In this document: positions 6,594 through 11,865 of the stretch, one piece after another
Position numbering within the stretch: position 1 is the stretch's first letter
Layout: each line of letters opens with the position of its first letter
Source: Pseudomonadota bacterium
GTDB taxonomy: Bacteria > UBA10199 > 2-02-FULL-44-16 > JAAZCA01
Reading direction: 5' to 3'
DNA: 11,865 bases
NCBI GenBank assembly: GCA_043822785.1
Contig: JBDRBN010000008.1
Coordinates: 1-11,865 of the forward strand
The notes under the pieces: generated by a model
What the model was told of the DNA's origin: nothing
Databases searched by the model: none
The model's input: the letters and a program-made list of their open reading frames with translations, nothing else
Translations under genes and position numbers: made by a program

Positions 6594-7660
6594 CCTTCAT
6601 TCTCCTTCTTAAGCCGATAGACGAATACCAAAATCTCGGCAATAGCAGCATAGAGCTCTTCTGGAATCTCATCGCCAATATCCAGCTCAATGAGCGTCCA
6701 TGCCAAAGGCGGGTTTTGCACTATCGGCACGCCTAGTTCTTCGGCAAGTTCCCGTATGGTCTGCGCAAACAGGCGCTGGCCCTTTGCCAGAACCTGTGGA
6801 GCCACCATCTCAGAATCGTCGTACTTGATAGCAACTGCAATCTCAGTGGGATTTGTTATCACAGCATCTGCTGATTTAACTGCCTGCCTGGTATCGCCCA
6901 TGGCCAGCTCTTGGTGCAGATGCCTCCTCATACTCTTGATAAGCGGGTCGCCCTCGTCCTGTTTGTATTCCCTCTTTACCTCGTCCTTAGACATGCGCAT
7001 CTGCTTTTTGTAAGTCCAGCGCTGCACGGCAAGATCTATGAGCGCAATCACTATGAACACGACAAAGACCTTGAGCAAAAATGAAGTGATGATTTTTGCG
7101 GCAAGCGCTGTGGCCTGATCAGGTGTTGCTGTGACCGAAAGCGCTACCTCGCGGAGGCTATCGCTCACCACCAGATAGGCCAAAAGAAAAATACAGGCCA
7201 TCTTGGCTATGTTTTTAAGAAGTTCTACCAGCGTTTTAACCTTAAACATGTTCTTCAGATTCTCTATCGCATTTAGCCTTTTCACTTGCGGCTTCATAGG
7301 TTCGCCAGAGAAGATCGGCCCGATCTGAAAAAAACCAACTGCGATGGCAATACCAACGATCACTGCTACATAAGGCCCTACGATCTTAACGAATGTCATG
7401 AAATTTTGCTGACCGGCCAGAAATAGGACCTCGGGCGTAATCTCATGAGTGGAGATAAGATCAAAGTTGGCCTGCATCATGGAGCGCATCTGATCTGCCA
7501 TATATCCGCGCATGGCCACGATCAGCGCGAATGCAGCGATGAGTATAATGATCGTATTGAGGTCGCGCGATTTTGCTACCTGGCCCTTTTTACGCGCGTC
7601 CCGCAAGCGCTTTGGAGTCGCTTCCTCGGTTTTTTCCTGGCTGCTTGAAGATTCTGCCAT
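6581..7660 (-). CDS. sctU: EscU/YscU/HrcU (SctU)/FlhB family type III export apparatus switch protein
   Basis: N-terminal EKTEEATPKRLRDARKKGQVAKSRDL, four hydrophobic segments, linker RMSKDEVKREYKQDEGDP, cleavage loop VITNPTEIAVAIKY, then APQVLAKG, VPIVQNPPLA and IPEELYAAIAEIL. GGGGGA RBS upstream. The family is certain; SctU versus FlhB is less so. Confidence 0.88.
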   Translation of the reverse strand: MAESSSSQEKTEEATPKRLRDARKKGQVAKSRDLNTIIILIAAFALIVAMRGYMADQMRSMMQANFDLISTHEITPEVLFLAGQQNFMTFVKIVGPYVAVIVGIAIAVGFFQIGPIFSGEPMKPQVKRLNAIENLKNMFKVKTLVELLKNIAKMACIFLLAYLVVSDSLREVALSVTATPDQATALAAKIITSFLLKVFVVFIVIALIDLAVQRWTYKKQMRMSKDEVKREYKQDEGDPLIKSMRRHLHQELAMGDTRQAVKSADAVITNPTEIAVAIKYDDSEMVAPQVLAKGQRLFAQTIRELAEELGVPIVQNPPLAWTLIELDIGDEIPEELYAAIAEILVFVYRLKKENEGSDQ

Positions 7661-7698
7661 TTATATCCCCCAATAGGATAACAAGTTAAAGCTCTACT

Positions 7699-8358
7699 TT
7701 AACTTATTTGACCCATATTATTTGTTATAAGCCTAGCCTCTGTGAGCTCTGAAACCTCTTTTGCACTCCAACCAGGCGCTACTTCGCGAAGCATAAGTCC
7801 GTTTGAAGTTACATCGATAACGCCCAAATCTGTAACTATCATATTTACGCAAGCCTTGCCAGTAAGAGGATACGTACATTCCTTAACAACGCGCGGTTGG
7901 CCATCAGTTGTAGTGTGCTTCATAAGCACTATCACCTTTTTAGCACCAACAGCCAAATCCATGGCCCCACCAAAGCTGCCTACCGCTCTGTGGGGAAGCT
8001 TCCAATTGGCCAAATCTCCAGCCTCAGACACCTGAAAACCGCCCAGCACAGTCACGTCTAGGTGTCCGCCCCTTATCATGGCAAATGATATGGAGCTGTC
8101 AAAAAAAGATGCACCTAATATCTCGGTGATATCCTCATCGCCTGCATTTGAAAGATCGCAATCCCTTTGATCTGGTCTTGCGTGTGGACCTGCGCCTAGT
8201 ATTCCGTTCTCTGATTGAAAATAAACAGTGCGGCCTGGCGGGATATGCGTGGATACGAGCATGGGCAAGCCAATACCCAAGTTTACCCAGTACCCATCCT
8301 CAAGCTCCAGCCCTACCCTTGCTGCCATCTGCTCGTTTGTCAGCCTGGGCTTTTTCAT
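7699..8358 (-). CDS. 3-oxoacid CoA-transferase subunit B (ScoB/PcaJ/AtoA family)
   Basis: Motifs VNLGIGLP, QSENG (catalytic Glu), SFAMIRGGHLDVTVLGGFQVS, LANW, GGAMDL and CTYPLTG. Confidence 0.94.
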   Translation of the reverse strand: MKKPRLTNEQMAARVGLELEDGYWVNLGIGLPMLVSTHIPPGRTVYFQSENGILGAGPHARPDQRDCDLSNAGDEDITEILGASFFDSSISFAMIRGGHLDVTVLGGFQVSEAGDLANWKLPHRAVGSFGGAMDLAVGAKKVIVLMKHTTTDGQPRVVKECTYPLTGKACVNMIVTDLGVIDVTSNGLMLREVAPGWSAKEVSELTEARLITNNMGQIS

Positions 8359-9050
8359 ACTGCACCTCGCTTTGGAACCTCTACTATCCGATCAACAAAT
8401 ATAGCGGGTGTTATTACGTGATCAGGGTCGATATCCCCTATCTCTACAACCCTTTCTGCCTCCACGATCGTGGTCTTTGCTGCCATGGCCATGATGGGAT
8501 TAAAATTGCGCGCGGTCTTGCGATAAACGAGGTTTCCCAGCTTATCAGCCTTGTAAGCTTTTATAAGCGCAAAGTCCGCCTTCAGAGCATATTCCAACAC
8601 CATGTCCTTGCCATCAATAGTCTTGATCTCCTTTCCATCTGCGGCCAGGGTTTTTGCGCCCACAGGAGTATAAAACGCTCCTATGCCTGACCCTCCTGCC
8701 CGTATCCTCTCTGCGAGCGTGCCCTGTGGGGATAGCTCAACTAGAGTTGCGCCTTCTTGCACCTTTTTTTCCAATTCGCTCACTTTGTTCGGTGAACCAA
8801 ATGCAGGAAAGCAGGTGATCACCTTTTTCACCTGACCTTGTGCAATCAGCATATCCACATCAGTGGGAGTCTTGCTGCTGCCTGCTACGTCGTTTCGGAT
8901 TATGGTAAGCTCCTTGAGGTTTCTGTCATGCAAAGCAATTAGCAGCGCAGAAGGCGTACCCCTGCTCAAAAAACCGCCCACCATGATGGTTGAGCCATCT
9001 GTGATGTCAGCCACTGCTTCTTCACATGTTGCGAATACTTTATTCTTCAT
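8355..9050 (-). CDS. 3-oxoacid CoA-transferase subunit A (ScoA/PcaI/AtoD family)
   Basis: Motifs DGSTIMVGGF, PQGTLAERIRAGGSGIGAFYT, ALIKAYKADKLGNL, TARNFNPIMAMAA and DPDHVITPAIFVDRI. ATGA overlap with subunit B. Confidence 0.94.
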   Translation of the reverse strand: MKNKVFATCEEAVADITDGSTIMVGGFLSRGTPSALLIALHDRNLKELTIIRNDVAGSSKTPTDVDMLIAQGQVKKVITCFPAFGSPNKVSELEKKVQEGATLVELSPQGTLAERIRAGGSGIGAFYTPVGAKTLAADGKEIKTIDGKDMVLEYALKADFALIKAYKADKLGNLVYRKTARNFNPIMAMAAKTTIVEAERVVEIGDIDPDHVITPAIFVDRIVEVPKRGAV

Positions 9051-9058
9051 ACTGCCTA

Positions 9059-9085
9059 ACTATGCCACGCCCCACACATTGTCAA
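9059..9085 (-). promoter_or_regulatory. candidate promoter for the CoA-transferase operon, possibly near-leaderless
   Basis: Minus-strand TTGACA (9085-9080) and TGG-CATAGT (9067-9059) lie just upstream of ATG 9050, with no obvious SD. The 15-bp spacing is suboptimal. Confidence 0.3.
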
Positions 9086-9131
9086 TTTATCGACTTAACT
9101 TACAGAAATCTTGTCACTCTGTTGTTATATA

Positions 9132-9375
9132 GGCGGTCAGTGGTCATTTCGGTTCATCGCCGAGAGGCGGCGGGGCCCCCATCGCGGCGAGCTGGATGTG
9201 GAGACGCCAGCAGAACTGCGTAAGTCAGAACTGAGACTTAGGCCGAGCAATCAATCGGGCGAAGGCCTAAGTCTCAGTTTCTGACACGCAGTTTGAGTGG
9301 CGTGGGTCCGCAGCCAGCGAGACCGCGAAAGGGGAGCCGCCGGAGGTGCTAGAACCGAAATGACCACTGACCGCC
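9132..9375 (+). repeat. 244-bp rod-like nested palindrome (MITE-like element or structured ncRNA)
   Basis: Perfect 24-bp terminal inverted repeat GGCGGTCAGTGGTCATTTCGGTTC (9132-9155 / 9352-9375). Nested helices: GGCGGC/GCCGCC, TCGCGG/CCGCGA, GCTGG/CCAGC, TGTGGA/TCCGCA, ACGCCA/TGGCGT, AACTGCGT/ACGCAGTT, GTCAGAA/TTCTGAC and CTGAGACTTAGGCC/GGCCTAAGTCTCAG. Confidence 0.85.
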
Positions 9376-9468
9376 GAAAGGACTGCCTCACCATTGTAAA
9401 TGGATTTTGCGAAGGTTGCGTATCTGTTAAATTTTCGGTAGATTAACAATTTCAAGGAGAAAATAGCA

Positions 9469-11436
9469 ATGCAAGGACCTCCAAACCAAGAAAAACGCTC
9501 TGTCGGCCAATATTATATAATGGAGAAGATCGCCCAGGGCGGTATGGCCGAGATATACAAGGGGCTGGCTTATGACGTGCACGGCATAAGCGAGAGGGCT
9601 GTGTGCATTAAGAAGATTCTTTCACACCTGGTTGCAGATAAAGACTTTATCGGCTCCATCATAGATGAAGCAAAGCTCGCAGTTAAGCTGGTTCACGGCA
9701 ACATCGCGCAGACTTATGATCTGGGAAAGGTGGGCGACGACTACTATATGGTCATGGAGTTCGTGGATGGCGCGACCCTCTCTCAAATCAACAAGCGCTG
9801 CATTGCCCAAGGCACCCTCATTCCCATCCCCATACTCGCCTACTTTATATCGGAAGTTGCACAGGGCTTAGACTACATGCATCGCCGTACAGATGAGGAT
9901 GGAAGAGCGCTTCACATAGTTCATCGAGATATCTCGCCTCAAAATATCATGGTCTCGTTTTCTGGGACCGTAAAGATCATAGACTTTGGCATTGCCAAAG
10001 CTGCTTTCAAGGCTGCGCCCACGGATTCGGGCATGCTCAAGGGTAAGTTTGCCTATATGTCGCCAGAGCAGGCATATGGAGATGCGGTCGATCACCGCTC
10101 CGACATATATTCCTTAGGAATCATGATGCATGAGTTTCTCACAGGAAAACGCTTGTTCAAGGCAAGTGACAGCAGAGAGACCATTCGCAATGTGCGCCGC
10201 TCCCAGGTTGACCAACCCTCCTCGATTCGTCCGGAAGTACCTGAAGAGTTAGACAGGATAGCTATGAAGGCCTTGTCAAAAGATCGCAGGCATCGATATC
10301 CGTTTGCATCAGAGTTCAGGGATGACCTCATCAAATTTCTTCATAAGAATTACCCGGAGTTTAAGTCAGCAGATGCAGCAGCGTTCGTGCAGGAGCTTTT
10401 TAGAAAGGAGATGGAAAGCCAAAGACCCCTCGTGGCCGATTCAAAGACTCCGGCGCTCATAATAGACCGCTCCAATTCGGCCATTTGCGGCGACGAACAG
10501 TTCGAAGTCACTGGCGCTGCAATGGCACCCATAGATTTGAAGGAGTTCATGGTGGAAGAAAGGCTCCCTACTCCGACAATTGCCAAACCCCCTTCAGAAG
10601 AACCATCTGAAATTAAGGAGCCCTTAAAAATCACAAGGCGTCGTTCGCCCCAAACGATCAAAAAGGCGCTGTTAACAGGGCTCTTAGTTTTCTGTATCGG
10701 ATCCATAATGACAGGCCTGGTCTATTACTTCTTGCAGCGTTCCCATCCAGAAAAACAGATGGCGCAATTTGCAGAAGCCATGGTGGTGACAAAGCCTGCC
10801 GACGCCGATGTCTCTCTCGATGGAAAGCCTGCCGGACAAGGATCACCGGTTATCATCAAAGACATAAAACCAGGAGAGGAGCACATAATAAGGGTAACCA
10901 AAGACGGCTATTTTGCTCACGAAAGAATATTTACTCCAAAGCGCGGCGAATTCATAAGCATGTCTGTGGAGCTTAAGCTCTCGGCTGCTCCTGAAGCTCA
11001 TCTGGAACTGATAACGACTCCTTCCGGCGCTACGGTCTTTATCGACGACAAGGAGACAAATCTTCGCACACCGGTGACGCTTGAGGACCTCGATATCAAG
11101 AAAGAACATACCATCGGCCTATACTTGGCCGGCTATAAGTTTTGGTCAAAGAAACTAAATCTAGAAGCCGGACAAGTAAAATCCTTTGACATAACGCTTG
11201 CCAAAAATTTCGGATCAGTGCTCATCGACTCTGATCCCCAAGGCTCGCTCGTGATGATCGACGGAACGCCTGTGGGCCAAACGCCGCTTACAAAAGAAGA
11301 CCTTGATCCTGAGAAGGTGTATAATATCGAAATCTGGCACGAGGGCTATGATTCTGTTACAAAAGAGATCAAGCCACTGGCAGGAAAATTAACAGAGATA
11401 AGGGTGACGCTGGAAAAACCTAAATCAACTGAATAA
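9469..11436 (+). CDS. membrane Hanks-type Ser/Thr protein kinase with C-terminal PEGA repeats
   Basis: Kinase motifs IAQGGMAEIY, VCIKK, HRDISPQN, DFG, GKFAYMSPEQ and SDIYSLG. TM helix ALLTGLLVFCIGSIMTGLVYYFL. Three PEGA-like units (TKPADADVSLDG, TTPSGATVFID, SDPQGSLVMIDG). AAGGAG RBS at 9454-9459. Confidence 0.93.
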   Translation: MQGPPNQEKRSVGQYYIMEKIAQGGMAEIYKGLAYDVHGISERAVCIKKILSHLVADKDFIGSIIDEAKLAVKLVHGNIAQTYDLGKVGDDYYMVMEFVDGATLSQINKRCIAQGTLIPIPILAYFISEVAQGLDYMHRRTDEDGRALHIVHRDISPQNIMVSFSGTVKIIDFGIAKAAFKAAPTDSGMLKGKFAYMSPEQAYGDAVDHRSDIYSLGIMMHEFLTGKRLFKASDSRETIRNVRRSQVDQPSSIRPEVPEELDRIAMKALSKDRRHRYPFASEFRDDLIKFLHKNYPEFKSADAAAFVQELFRKEMESQRPLVADSKTPALIIDRSNSAICGDEQFEVTGAAMAPIDLKEFMVEERLPTPTIAKPPSEEPSEIKEPLKITRRRSPQTIKKALLTGLLVFCIGSIMTGLVYYFLQRSHPEKQMAQFAEAMVVTKPADADVSLDGKPAGQGSPVIIKDIKPGEEHIIRVTKDGYFAHERIFTPKRGEFISMSVELKLSAAPEAHLELITTPSGATVFIDDKETNLRTPVTLEDLDIKKEHTIGLYLAGYKFWSKKLNLEAGQVKSFDITLAKNFGSVLIDSDPQGSLVMIDGTPVGQTPLTKEDLDPEKVYNIEIWHEGYDSVTKEIKPLAGKLTEIRVTLEKPKSTE

Positions 11437-11580
11437 AACGCTCTCCATGACCTTGGAACTTATGTAACTAAAGCAAAACGAAATAATCACGAGCTGCGCT
11501 CGCTTGGCACCAACCCCGAATACGCAGCCAACTGCGTTATTTGAACTGCCTAGCATGAAATGTGCCTGAGGGGTAACGAA

Positions 11581-11865
11581 TCACGCGGCTTCGTCGTAGA
11601 TCACCTTGCCATGGCGTTGAATATCCGCCTCAAAGCTTCGCGAGTCGCAGTTTAAAAAATCATCCGGCAGATAAGGTATGGCTTCAATTTGCGGAGTAAT
11701 GCGGCGTGCAATTTCAGCCAGAAGAAGATGATCTTGCTCGGTGCCGCCGTGAAAGTCCGGCGAGATGATCGCCAGATCAATGTCGCTCCATGGCCGCGGG
11801 TTGCCCCTTGCGTAGGAACCAAAAAGAATCACCCGCTGGACATGAATGCGTTTCTTCAGCAGATC
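11581..11865 (-). CDS. MNT-family nucleotidyltransferase (Pol-beta-like, probable antitoxin), 5' end outside window
   Basis: ILFGSYARG..SDIDLAII motif. The frame stays open to the window edge (DLLKKRIHVQRVILFGS...), so the ORF-track start at 11832 is not the true start. Confidence 0.85.
   Translation of the reverse strand, partial: DLLKKRIHVQRVILFGSYARGNPRPWSDIDLAIISPDFHGGTEQDHLLLAEIARRITPQIEAIPYLPDDFLNCDSRSFEADIQRHGKVIYDEAA

Noticed and set aside
6521..6736. 71-aa ORF MTSDQQ...
   Set aside because: Starts within the heptamer repeat and is mostly antisense to sctU; its hydrophobic look comes from the repeat.
9132..9375. Rod element as 6S RNA, SRP RNA, tRNA or retron msr-msd
   Set aside because: It has no large central bubble, no recognisable SRP domain IV motif and no cloverleaf, and no reverse transcriptase lies nearby. 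An Infernal search is still needed to exclude these formally.
9026..9455. ORFs 9026..9223 (+) and 9267..9455 (-)
   Set aside because: Short, with no recognisable motifs, and they merely traverse the GC-rich palindrome.
294..11109. Remaining 60-180 aa ORFs overlapping the called genes (e.g. 868..1269, 4263..4643, 8148..8690, 10350..10706)
   Set aside because: Antisense or off-frame shadows of well-supported genes, with no domain signatures.

Overview
Bacterial chromosomal window. Gene content and the HRDISPQN/PEGA-type kinase suggest a deltaproteobacterial or Myxococcota-like lineage (inference). Gene order: a minus-strand operon surE-pcm-LysM/M23 lipoprotein (nlpD-like)-apt; a divergent plus-strand run purM-purN-small beta-barrel OMP-second pcm paralog; a convergent minus-strand run CoA-transferase A/B-orphan SctU/FlhB-family export switch protein; a divergent membrane Ser/Thr kinase with PEGA repeats; and a truncated MNT-type nucleotidyltransferase at the right edge. 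The most unusual signals are four. (1) The second Pcm carries a lipoprotein signal peptide and a rewritten substrate loop (ESLDRP instead of QTISQP). (2) The solitary SctU has NPTE instead of the NPTH autocleavage motif. (3) A 244-nt rod-like nested palindrome with perfect 24-bp ends lies between divergent genes. (4) Many intergenic gaps hold palindromic elements, including inverted 7-bp tandem arrays that supply stop codons and C-terminal residues to three genes, and 17-nt inserts that fold into covarying tandem-GA/triloop mini-hairpins. No tools were run, so all calls come from reading the sequence.
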